DNA of 64,000 nt from Paraphysomonas bandaiensis. Lineage: Eukaryota; Protista; Chrysophyceae. The stretch covers positions 1 through 64,000 of the forward strand of contig CBFFRP010000457.1 in assembly GCA_965644295.1 (NCBI GenBank), written 5' to 3'. A program made the translations under genes and the position numbers. The notes beneath the pieces were generated by a model. That model worked only from the letters and a program-made list of their open reading frames with translations, did no database searches and had not been told where the DNA came from. Shown one piece after another: positions 1-11,000 of the stretch; position 1 is the stretch's first letter; the number at the start of each line of letters is the position of its first letter.

Positions 1-1220
1 TATTCACATCAGGATATGGCAGGACCCAACGCTCCCCACAGAGCCGGTGTTCCTCAATCCAAACTGGGCCACATGGGCGAGCCACCATCGTACCTTCCTG
101 CCAGATACCGAGCGCAAGACCCCAAAGGACATATTCTGCTGCAACCAACACTTCTTTCTCGATCTGAGGGAACCTGCAGAGGCCGAATTACACCGTCTAA
201 TGGAACTTCTCCCACACCTCTATGCTGACAGGCTTGCCCCCTCCCTCCCATTAGTCCCAGCTCATACCCATGCTGCCCGAACTCAACAGGGGCCAGAATA
301 CGCGTCCGACAGCAGCGGCGACGGCCCGTCCACCCACCCGCATCTCCACAAACACCCACCAACGCAAAATCCACCCAAACCACGCCAGTTTGGACCCGGA
401 TACAGTAGTGACGACAGCGGCGATGGCCCGCGCAAGCGACGACCACGCAAACCCCCTAACGAGCCTCAACCACCCAAAACCCCAGGACACATTCCCAAAC
501 CCGATGCCCACACCACGACACCCGCTCCAGACACCACACGGCAACCTCCCGGACGGCGTCGTCACAGCCTGACGCTTGCTGACTACTTTCCGCCCATCCC
601 GCCACCCAAGGCTGACACCCGGAGCACACCCGCGGATCAACCAACACTCTCGCCCACAGAACAAACCTCGACCGCCAACACTCTGGACATTCCCCCATCC
701 CAAGACCGGCCAACCCCACGTGTGTCATCATCCCCCCCGCCACTACTACCCCAGCCGGCCCGGCGAGAAGCGACTCCGTTCACCAGTTCACTTACCAACG
801 CCTGGACCGCGTACGACAACACACACCGAGTTGCAGTCTCCCTACGCGAAGACCTGCTACGCCACATCCACAACACCGTCATGGCAGGCACGACTAACTG
901 GAGTCCGCTTCTTCAAATTATACACGACGACGCAAACTACATCCAAGTTGCCAACTTCGACTGGGAGGATGACTACAGAGCCACAATAGCACGCGGCCTA
1001 GACGCCCTTGCAGCCACATACCAAATCCATACCGCCCCCTCGCCTGGACATTACCCTAACGTGCCCCTACAAACTGCTGAAGATGCAAAAGCACTGCATA
1101 GGTTCATTGCCCACTTACAACGAATTTGTCTTGCATCAGGACAGGCTCACACAAGCCGACTGCTCCACACCCTCCAATGCGCGCACAAGGCTCTAACCAC
1201 CATGCCCCCGCAGCGATACA
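1..1220 (+). mobile_element. GC-rich, Pro/Thr-rich ORF segment (frame open from the window start), probably part of a retroelement; joined abruptly to AT-rich viral-like DNA
   Basis: Frame of ORF 47..1240 has no stop from position 2. Strongly C/A-rich, with a sharp composition switch near 1220. No recognisable domain, so the retroelement identity is inference. Confidence 0.4.
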
Positions 1221-1606
1221 ACACCAGCCATAGGTGTTAAATCTGGTTCATATAAACTGAAATGTATTCTTCTTTTTTGTCTAAAGTTCTTTACTTTAAA
1301 CAAAGACCCTTCCCCTGATGTCATTTGTGATATGGTGTCATCTGTATTGAGATATGACAGCACACATTGGTTACTATCAAATCCTTGATAATATCCATCT
1401 TCTGCCAAATCATCGGCTACCAATAAAACATATTGAGGATGTCCTACCGCTAATGATTCACAATTCATTATAAATCCAGTGCATTGAACACTATACCATT
1501 CATAATTTTGTGGTAGTGGGTCTAAATCTATGTAACAGTTCTCAGCATCTCCTGAAACTGCATTAGCGGATGAAATAACATAAGTAAAACTATTAATATT
1601 TTGCAT
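1193..1606 (-). pseudogene. Penton/minor-capsid-like beta-rich protein, C-terminus replaced at the junction with the GC-rich segment
   Basis: MQNINSFTYVISS...FKVKNFRQKRRIHFSLYEP aligns by eye with both halves of 1633..2580 but lacks their last strand (WTLHLSLTP / YHITCIITP). Its final codons come from the GC-rich DNA. Confidence 0.55.
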
Positions 1607-1632
1607 TATATATTTATAGTAGAAAAATAAAA

Positions 1633-2580
1633 TTAATCTTTCGGTGTTATAATACATGTTATATGATAATATGTTGTTGCACCATTATCAACATCAGCCC
1701 CTTCAACCTCTTCACCTGTAAAAGGATAATACATTTTAAATCTTACACGACGGTTATATTTCATATTTGATATTTTAAATACTGCACCATTACCAGCAAA
1801 TAAACATGGCTCACTTGTGTTTTTAACATACGGACTCACAACAATCATTCTATCTGTCTGACTTTGGTATCCACCGTATCCATTTTCTGCCCAACCATAT
1901 GAATATAAATTGATATATCTATATTGACCTGTTGAAAGCGTACCTGTGTTTATTTTAATGTCAACAACATCCACAAAGTAATTTGTGAAGTTATCATTTA
2001 TACTTGGTAGAGTTATATGGCAATCATTGGCACTTCCTTCCGCATCTACACTGGTAATGGTATATGTGAATGATTTATTTATATTGGACATAATATATTT
2101 TACCGGTGTTGTTCTTACTGGAGTTAATGATAAATGTAATGTCCATTGTTTCTTGTAGCCTCCGTTTGCTACTGAATCCTGATTAAATCCTTCACAATTC
2201 CTTAGCGTGAATCGTATGGTTTTATTATTAAAGTTTCTTACCATATAAACCATATTGGTTAAATTATTAGCAAGCCCTTTTCTATGTTCTGCAAGTTCAG
2301 AAGCAAAAATTGGAGGAGTTACAGCTTTGAAACTAGAATCATTATGAGTACTATATCCTGTTTCCACAAAATCCTTCGCTTCAATGAGAACTGCGGATGA
2401 TGGTGGTGATGATAATAAATTTGATGTGGCATTAAAGTATAATGGACAACATATAAAATATTCAACATCATTAGGAAGTAATGCGAGCATTGGTATATCA
2501 CATGAAGCATTATCTCCTGATGATGAATTGGTTGTGTCTACAACATATGTGAATGTTTCATCTGTATAAAATGGTTTCAT
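1633..2580 (-). CDS. Protein with two tandem ~150-aa beta-rich domains, minor capsid (penton)-like, Polinton-like virus/virophage type
   Basis: Intronless AT-rich 315-aa ORF with an internal duplication (FTYVVDT..SGDNASCDI / FTYTITS..GSANDCHI; VRNFNNKTIRF / ISNMKYNRRVRF). Jelly-roll assignment is from pattern only. Confidence 0.55.
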   Translation of the reverse strand: MKPFYTDETFTYVVDTTNSSSGDNASCDIPMLALLPNDVEYFICCPLYFNATSNLLSSPPSSAVLIEAKDFVETGYSTHNDSSFKAVTPPIFASELAEHRKGLANNLTNMVYMVRNFNNKTIRFTLRNCEGFNQDSVANGGYKKQWTLHLSLTPVRTTPVKYIMSNINKSFTYTITSVDAEGSANDCHITLPSINDNFTNYFVDVVDIKINTGTLSTGQYRYINLYSYGWAENGYGGYQSQTDRMIVVSPYVKNTSEPCLFAGNGAVFKISNMKYNRRVRFKMYYPFTGEEVEGADVDNGATTYYHITCIITPKD

Positions 2581-2624
2581 TATATATATTCCGTGAGAAA
2601 AATATATATAGGTATATTATTACT

Positions 2625-2813
2625 ATGGACAGATTGAAAACAAAATTCAATAAGAAGATTACAGACGCTCAGAATAAACTTAACAAGAAGGTTAGCGGCG
2701 CACAGAAGAAACTGAACAAGAAGGTCAGTGGCGCTCAGAGTAAAGTCAACAAGAAGGTAAACGGAGCACGAAAAAAGGCGAACAATAAAATCAACGGCCT
2801 AAAGTTCGTTTAA
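2625..2813 (+). CDS. 62-aa highly basic peptide with 11-aa repeats (LNKKVSGAQKK); candidate DNA-condensing/core protein
   Basis: ATG at 2625, divergent from the 2580 gene across a 44-bp AT spacer; about four imperfect 11-aa Lys-rich repeats. Confidence 0.6.
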   Translation: MDRLKTKFNKKITDAQNKLNKKVSGAQKKLNKKVSGAQSKVNKKVNGARKKANNKINGLKFV

Positions 2814-2917
2814 AATCCTAATTTTATAACCTTCTGATTGGCTGAAAATCCTATAGAAAATGAAAACTCTTCCCCTAGTGTCTTCTCCGAGGGCTGCGTC
2901 GAGTCCAGGACAGTGAC

Positions 2918-2953
2918 CCCGTCTTTTTTTTTTGAAGACGGGAATTTTTTTTT
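2918..2953 (+). terminator. 8-bp hairpin followed by a T-run downstream of the basic peptide gene
   Basis: CCCGTCTT (2918-2925) pairs with AAGACGGG (2935-2942), followed by AATTTTTTTTT. Function is inferred. Confidence 0.3.
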
Positions 2954-3255
2954 AAACGGATAAATTTAACGGTTTTTATTTTTTTTCGAAAGTCGGGAAT
3001 CGAACCGCTCGACGTTTTTCTTTCATCCCGCTGTTTCACGTTGCGAGTTCGTCGTAAGCAAAACTGCGGATGTTTGGTACAGTAAATAATACATATATAA
3101 ATGATATTTTTATGGATATAATACATTTGGATATTCATTTTGTCGTTTCAGGATGCATTTTGCGTTTGGATTTTATTGATGTTGTTAACTCATGTGTGTG
3201 TGCTGTGGAGATAATGTTGTATGCAATATATATATGCATCACACATAGACTCATC

Positions 3256-3606
3256 ATGGTGTGCTCTCGCTGCAAGAATCCAGACCACAACATGGCTTCA
3301 TGGGATTGTCCTCTTCGAAAGTCTTATGTTCCAAAGAATCGTCGTCCGGCCGACTACATTGACCATGAGAGCATCAAATATTTAAATGCTCTCAAGAACA
3401 GCTCAATGGAAGAAGAAGCTGAGCTTCAAATTGAAGGAAACTCGATTGTTTTTACTGCCGATGAAAATGATCTTCGTCTTGAATTTGAGCTCTCAGATCT
3501 CCTGAAGGAGCTGTCAATGGAGAAAAAGCTTGATCTGATTCGCAAAATGGAGGCGATTTTCGAGGATGAGCAAGAAGAGTTGCTGGATGACGCCTGCAAG
3601 AAGTAG
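3256..3606 (+). CDS. 116-aa zinc-knuckle protein with acidic C-terminus
   Basis: MVCSRCKNPDHNMASWDCP (CxxC..H..C) directly after ATG 3256; intronless; within the putative viral segment. Confidence 0.6.
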   Translation: MVCSRCKNPDHNMASWDCPLRKSYVPKNRRPADYIDHESIKYLNALKNSSMEEEAELQIEGNSIVFTADENDLRLEFELSDLLKELSMEKKLDLIRKMEAIFEDEQEELLDDACKK

Positions 3607-5140
3607 CTTTTCATTCTTGCTTGTTTCTGTTTTCTTATTATGAGCTATAACGTAATTAGTGCAATACCTCCATATATTTGACATGTTTCTTTGTTCTGAT
3701 ATGTCTTTATCGCTCTTTCTATATATCCATCCACAAAACAATTTCGACAGTGATGACGCTATTGTGTTGTGTAGATTAGATAGCGTTGTTAGTATAGTGG
3801 CGCGTTGTTTTCTACTCTTAACTATAATAACGACGATGGCATTTAGGCGTTGGCAATTCATACTTTTAAAACTCTATATTATAAATATTTATTTCAGCCA
3901 GATTATTTTACTATAAAATGCCAATGCCAAAATGTCAATTTATAAATAGGATATTAGTAATCGAAATAATATAAGAAGAATTATTAATATAGATATACAT
4001 AAAAGATATATAAAAAAGATTGATATTACATTAATATAAAACATTCAGAATAATATACCAGGCTCCCTCCGGATCTAAAGATCCTCCCCCCTGGTCGCAA
4101 ATTGCTCCGCAATTCGGGCGTTCTAATTATTCTTGTTTATTTTATGGGAAAATAATAAGGTATAGATTTTAGGGATTCGATTTAACGGACCCATTGCCTG
4201 CAAGCGGAGCGTATAAGCCATCCCGCTTTTTTTTCATGACTAGCGTGCGTAGTGTGAACTATTATAAACTATTTCATTAGCGTATCGCGATGATACTTCT
4301 CTTTATACTGTCATATATTTAATATAACTTCGAAACAACCTCTCGATTGTCTCCCTAACGAATTCAAAACAAAAACCATAGTACAGTCCACGAAAAACAA
4401 ATTATTAGGTAGCTGTTATCTCTGTAGCAGGAACTAATCCTGACCTCCGACTCCAAGCATTTCCTATCCATTATGCTGTGAGTCTTAGCAAAAGCACTCA
4501 AACTGTTCTATGTGGAGACATCTATACACCTATCATTTTTATAAGTATACGTATATATCTCAAATGTACAGTACACAGTATGCAGTACACAGCAGTATAT
4601 GTATATCCACAGTGCAGTTCATATCTCTTGAGCTAGTTCACAATCTGAGGAAGCCAAGATGATATCAGACTGCACTGAGGAACAATATGTCGCGTTGCAT
4701 GTGTAGGATAGATAACTGAATCAATAGCTAATTTTATACATTTGAAGTACATAAACCACAGCCTATATATATATATATACCATACAGACCACTCCCAGAA
4801 AAATTATAGCAGTATAACTCCATAAAGATCAGTCAACTGCATACATCCATACAAATGAGTTCACTGAGACAGAATATAAGAGACTGTGCTCTGATATCTT
4901 GCAAGATGGAATGCATAAACCTCATCGCATCTCTGTGTTGCAATATGTCTATAAACGGTATAGTGAACTGCATGTTAAGGTGATAGTAGAGTCATTGTCA
5001 ATAGAATTGCAATCAATAGTACATAAACAATAATAATAATGATTGTATTATGTAGTAGTTGTTTAATGGATTAGTTAACAAGCAACTCAACGGCTCAGAC
5101 TATATGTGTGTATATATACTTGACAAATAAGCCCCACTGC

Positions 5141-5245
5141 AAAAAATAGGTACAATACCCCCCATTTTCTCACCAAAATGATGAATTTTGAGTTGGAAAA
5201 TTGATTATTTTGAGAGAAAATATGGGATTATTGTACCTATTTTTT
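5141..5245. repeat. Imperfect ~39-bp inverted repeat (MITE-like remnant)
   Basis: AAAAAATAGGTACAATA..ATTTTCTC at 5141-5171 mirrored by GAGAAAAT..TATTGTACCTATTTTTT at 5214-5245. Confidence 0.55.
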
Positions 5246-5574
5246 CTTTTTACTATAGAATACCCTCTGAAAACCATTACTTTTATTGAAAAGCCTCTGA
5301 AAACCATCACTTTTATGGAGTATCCTGTGAAAATAGGCAGTTTTTTCTCTTTTTTCATTGTATTTCATGTATTTTCAACTGGGTATATATATATATGTGT
5401 ATATATAACTATATATGACTATATAACACACAACTGTAATGTACAGCAGGACAGCGTCCCTGTTGCATATACATACTTAATTGCACCATTTCCTCTCTGG
5501 TTGCAATACTTTCTTGCAAATCACTTTGATTTCTCTATTAGTTTTATTATTTACGATTCATTTGTTGCAATTTA

Positions 5575-7083
5575 ATGTCACTGCAACGGCCACTTAAAGT
5601 GCTCTCATTGTGCTTTATATGCCTCTTTGCAGTACTAATATCACTCGTATCACCTTACATTCAACAACTTCTTACTGTAGCCAATGGGTTTGCATCAAAG
5701 ACAATTTGTACGGGGGTATTTTTGTCCCAAAGGGACATTACCACTATACAGAGTAATGAGCTGGAAGGGTTGAGTTCTTTACTTACGTCCTCTGTTGTAA
5801 ACTATGAAGAAAAATCGGTGACATCTACGTTATTTGGTTGTGGAGAAAGTCTCTCACGGTTGTTGAGACTCCCTGTATCCAAATCTATTTATATCGGGGA
5901 AAAGTACGGTTGCCAATTGCAGTTAGAATCCTACACTTCTCGTCACCCTTTAAGGGACCTTGCACCCCCTAATGTGAAGTATTCTGATGCTACTCTGACA
6001 CCTTCGAAGCATACAGACATTGATATTTCTTGTCTACAGTCATTTGTTGATGCGGAGTTCACCCCTGTAGCTCTGAAACAGAACCAGTCGCGGGCAATCG
6101 TGGTAAGTCACAAGGGAGAAGTCGTAGCTGAGGGGTATCAGGGCCTTCTTGGAGTGACCCCAGATATGAAACTACTGGGTTGGTCTATGACCAAGTCAGT
6201 GTTTAGCATGGTTATTGGTGCAGGTGTGCAAGCTGGCCTACTTTCACTGGATACCCCACTGAAACTCTCAGGGCTCTCCGCCAGTCACAAAGCAGAGCTC
6301 ATTAAGCGAAATGGTGGTCGCGAAATAACGTTTCGACAGGCCCTTCAAATGGAAGATATCCTTGCTGGAGAGGAAAATTATGGTATTATGGCTGATGTGG
6401 TACGAATGTTGTACGGTTCCCCTGATACTGCCGCTCTAGCCACTTCTCTCGCGGCTAGGCCCATCCCTCAATCCCCAACTACCCGTTCAAAATTTGACTG
6501 GTACTATTCGTCAGGCGTAAGTAATCTTTTATCCAATGAATTCAGAGCTTTATTTAGTTCGGATGATGAATATTGGGCCTTCCCACACACACATTTGTTC
6601 GGGCCTATCAACGCCTCGGTTACTATTGAGATGGACCCGTCAGGAAACTATGTTGCGTCGTCGTTTGGTTATGCTAGCGGCCGAGATTGGGCTAAACTTG
6701 GTGACCTTCTCCTATCAAATGGAACTTTCAATGGGAAACAAATAATATCAGCGGAGTATGTGCAGTTCATGCAGGAGCCCCACCCGGCAAGTGGTGGGCA
6801 TTACGGTGGGCACATTTGGCTCAATGCAGCTCGTGTAAGCGTTAGGGACTACAATCTGCTCCCGTTGCATCACATACGTAAAAAGCAGTGCTATTGGATA
6901 ACTCGTAGCCTTCCATCTGATGCATTTTATATGGGTGGTCACGATGCACAGTTTGTCTTCATTGTGCCTAGTATGAATCTAGTCGTCGTGAGAATCGGAT
7001 ACACGCATGATTCTCCAGATGGCTACATAGGTTGGGACACAGAGAGGTTCTTTTCTACTCTTGTTAATTCTTGCAAAGCGTAG
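5575..7083 (+). CDS. Serine hydrolase, beta-lactamase class C/AmpC-like family, with N-terminal signal anchor
   Basis: Intronless 502 aa; SxxK motif (WSMTKS), WYYSSG, RDWAKLG, YMGGHDAQ. Confidence 0.9.
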   Translation: MSLQRPLKVLSLCFICLFAVLISLVSPYIQQLLTVANGFASKTICTGVFLSQRDITTIQSNELEGLSSLLTSSVVNYEEKSVTSTLFGCGESLSRLLRLPVSKSIYIGEKYGCQLQLESYTSRHPLRDLAPPNVKYSDATLTPSKHTDIDISCLQSFVDAEFTPVALKQNQSRAIVVSHKGEVVAEGYQGLLGVTPDMKLLGWSMTKSVFSMVIGAGVQAGLLSLDTPLKLSGLSASHKAELIKRNGGREITFRQALQMEDILAGEENYGIMADVVRMLYGSPDTAALATSLAARPIPQSPTTRSKFDWYYSSGVSNLLSNEFRALFSSDDEYWAFPHTHLFGPINASVTIEMDPSGNYVASSFGYASGRDWAKLGDLLLSNGTFNGKQIISAEYVQFMQEPHPASGGHYGGHIWLNAARVSVRDYNLLPLHHIRKKQCYWITRSLPSDAFYMGGHDAQFVFIVPSMNLVVVRIGYTHDSPDGYIGWDTERFFSTLVNSCKA

Positions 7084-7705
7084 TGTTTTAAGTGGTTGAT
7101 GGACGTGTATAGTGATGACCGAAATGCGTATGAATGGTATTTCAGGCGCTGAAATAAACACACGTGTAGCGTAATGAAGCATTATTCTACCATTTAATGA
7201 ATATTCTCTCTCTCATTGAGCGTCTCTGTTATAGCGAGATAGTGAGTATAAGCTGGTAGCTGGTGTTGTCATTTATTATTCACACTATTACGAAAAAACA
7301 TGCAAAACAGCGCCTTGACGCAAACTTATCCCATATCAGTCATCGGTCACATATACTTTTCGTCTCCTTGATATCTTATTGAGCTATTGTCAATTGTTGC
7401 ATCTGGAAAGACAATAATTTGACAAGAGCTAGGTCGTAGTGTACTAGTGTTCTAAAAACTACAATATTACTTTTAGATCACAATGCTTGCAATCTCAATA
7501 ATATTCAACATTATACTAGAAGGGCGTAGGCCACATTTTACTAATATTTCACACTTCACATACACTAATGTATCGCGTAAGACCCTCGACACAGTTGGAG
7601 TCGCACGTTTTCGTGGTGTTCTGGAAGATAAGTACCGGAGATATTTCACCGGGAAACTAACGTGAGACGCATATATCATGTATCATATATAATATAATAT
7701 ATGGG

Positions 7706-8000
7706 AAGGGTAACCGGGGTATTGGGCTACCTACTGAAGTCAAGCATCCGGGCTGTTCACCTTAAGAGCTCAAAAATCCTGAAGTCAGCAGATAGAAGGT
7801 ATATCAACATTCTGCTTGCTCACTGCGTTTGCTTTGAGTGATAAAGCGAAAGTGGTTGCACCTTGGTGCTTGCGGTGACGCACAAGAAGCTTTCTTAGCG
7901 TTAAATAGTAGGATATCAGAGTTAAGCACTAGTTAGTTTAATTGCAATGCTAAATAAGTTCTGATTCTTCAACGCATATTGCCTATTGCTAATAATAAGA
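7706..8000 (+). mobile_element. Dispersed retroposon-like repeat, copy A
   Basis: Shares its 5' part (GGGTAACCGGGGTATTGGGCT...) with copy D, and the core GTGGTTGCACCTTGGTGCTTGCGGTGACGCACAAG plus the 3' GCCTATTGCTAATAATAAGA with other copies. Confidence 0.7.
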
Positions 8001-8073
8001 ATTCGCTACAACTACTATCGCTGTAGGTAAAACACTTTTCAGACATAAAATATATACTACCAAATACTCCGAA

Positions 8074-11000
8074 CTATATTCTTTTATGTACGTGCTGGCC
8101 AATATATATTTTTCGAGTAGGACTAACATCACCCAAGTGTTGCACAGAATGATCAAATATTGTGTTCATCACCAACAAAAATTCGTCTAGTGAATATACT
8201 GAATCGCCTTCTGATGTAGGACATGATGCCAGTATATCTATCATTTCCGGATCTGCAGGATCTATCCACTCGATAACGAGAACCCTAGAGGCATGTATGG
8301 CCAGAGCTCCTACGGCCTTCGCAAGATGACCGCCTCTCGAACAGTACGTAAACACGTGAAGACAATTCAATGCAAGTACTAAATCAACCTTTATAGAAAG
8401 GTGCATCGTGGAATTCAGAATATTATTCTGAACATGCCACCGTTCGCGAAAGGAATTCCAGTTTAAGTGATTTGTTAGAATGTCTACACCAGGCTCTTCA
8501 TAAGGTGCTGCTCCAGATTGAATGCGGTGCTCATTAGAAACCCATACACTTCTTGCATGCTGATTAACACAGACTAGACTCAATAGAGCTAATTCATCAC
8601 CGCCAACGTCTAATACACTCCATCCATCAAGCCTTGTCATAACACTTCGAATCATCTCATATCTCACGTTATCCAAGGCACTCGACGAGGATACGTTGGC
8701 AATTATAATGCCTGTATCAGATGCAGAGATCGTAGCTGATGTATGGAGACCAGATAGCTTCACTAAACTGCTATTCATAGAAACCTCAACCATGACAGAT
8801 TTTCCGCTGTGCTCCTCACATTTCTTACACAGATATCGACCTTTATTTGCAGTATCAGAGGAAGAGGACATATGTTCGTAAACATGTAATAAATTCGCAT
8901 ACAACTCTTCAATATCACTAACTGACCAAGCATTCTTTGATACATTCAGCATACGTTTGATCAATGGGTCAAATAGGGAAGTGTCCATGCGGGCAAACAT
9001 GTAAAACAGCTCTCGTATCACTATACCAGTACTATACACGTCGTTAAATGTTTCCTTTGCCTCCCTAAAGGAATCAACCAAAGGAAACCGATAATAATAC
9101 CCAACTGTAGAAGGTACAGGGTATTGATTTCGTACAGAAGGAGATACAGCCCACGTAAAATCAAAGAGTGTGACGTGATACTCTGCATTGGGTACCACCT
9201 CCGTGACTAAGAAATGCTCAGATTTGATATCTCGATGAACCACATACTTCTCCGCCATCATACCCAGGATATCAATAACAGCTCCGAATAAACTGGCAAG
9301 ATCTTCAATAGTTGTTACCTTAGTGGCAATATGTTCCGCAAGTGTTAAGCCGTCGATATACTCAGAAATACATACCGAAGCACCTGACACTCTGTGGTTA
9401 GGGTCAGTGTAATACACCCGCGGGAAGTGCGGTTTATACTTAGTTGCCAAACGGCCACCACGTAAAGGCTTCCATAGTCCAATGGTGGGAGAATTCATCA
9501 GAGAATTGTGATAGCACTCCACAGACGCGGCGTCATACGTAACCTCAGGGTCAGCTACTGCATGTGTGCGAATCTTCAGAACAGGATGGTATTGAGATTC
9601 CACGGAACAGAAAGAGTTACCAGGTAGTCTCGCCGTGCCGCGGCCTTTACTATTTTCACTGGAGCGAGAGATATGACCAGTATAGAGAGTCCAGTTGGTG
9701 TTCTCGAAATCGATGTCACAAATATATTGGCTGTCTGACGACTTTAGAAAGGTATTGGGTAGCGGAACTTGAAAGGTCGAGAGGCCCATACAACATGTAG
9801 AATACTCATTGATATACATAGAATCCGCCGAAATTCTTGGGTCGGTAAATACTACGTGACGGTGGGCATCAATCCACTCAAGGTGTTTGGAATTCGTGGG
9901 ACTGTCATACAACTCTAAATGACGAAGCGCCATTTCGTCAGAAGCGCACAGCCTTTTAACAGTGAATTCTGGTGTTGTCACCTCCTCTGCACTAGCGACT
10001 AATCGATAAATCCACTCAGGAGAGACATTAATCGTGCTGGACGAAATGCTTTGACGGATATCCAGCCTAAGATCAAATGTTGTTTTACCTGGCGGTATGA
10101 TGTCTATCCAGTGGGCTCGGATGTCATGAACATAATGGAGAACAAGCTGGTAACTGTCAGTTGTGAGTGTTATGTTCAAAGAAGACTGTATCGATACATC
10201 AAACGCGGCCTCAAGACATGATACATAATCCGACACAGCTTGTTTGGGACTGGTTAACAATCTTACAGCCGTTTTATTTTTCACACGATACGGAAAGCCA
10301 TCTATGTCGTCGATATATGGAAGCACATACGAAGCCCCACATCGATTCAGGGATTTCAAACTTTTACTTAATATGAGAGCGGTGGAATCAAGAGACGGAG
10401 CTTCACTGGGAGTGACATTCTGATATAGGTCAAGAGCAGCATGAAGAAGCTGGTCACATAACGGCGTGCTCAAATCATGCGCTGCGCAGAAACAAGTCAC
10501 TGCTGTCGGTACGTGCTGGTTGGCATATATATTCAAGTGAAACTGCCCTCCTTCAACATCCGCCTCCACCACCTGAACTGGCACCGAAATGATGGGAGTG
10601 GATGTTCCAGGTGGTGGGTTGGAACAATCATCGCGTTTATCTTTCGTAGAGCTTCGAAGGTGGGGCCAGAGAGACGATTTAGGGATGTAGTGATCAGTTT
10701 GCCAAACACGTGATCCAAGTAGACGTTGTTGTACATCCAGTGGGAGTGTACCATCACCAAGCCATCTGATATCCACCCACAACTGTTCATTTTCTAAAGT
10801 TACCACATTTCCAACTTCGACACCTCCATTCTCGTACATGAGCTCCGTGCTATCATATAAGCCATCGTTTAGTATATGAATTGCAGCTTCACCATCGAGA
10901 ATTTCTTTAGCTCGAAAGTAGTCACTCACTAAGAGTTCCATATACCGCATCTTACCATTTTTAATAATATATTGATATGGTGTAGATGGTAATACACGTA

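Noticed and set aside
2985-3065. tRNA gene
   Set aside because: B-box present, but no convincing acceptor, D or anticodon stems; kept only as a low-score finding.
4260-5130. Possible gene or right terminus of the viral element
   Set aside because: No sustained ORF, and a TIR or TSD cannot be defined without the other end.
7848-7912. Hammerhead or HDV ribozyme, or Fanzor omega-RNA, as the identity of the repeat core
   Set aside because: No CUGAnGA box or HDV pseudoknot could be fitted. No TnpB/Fanzor ORF is present, and the long variable TSDs point to retroposition.
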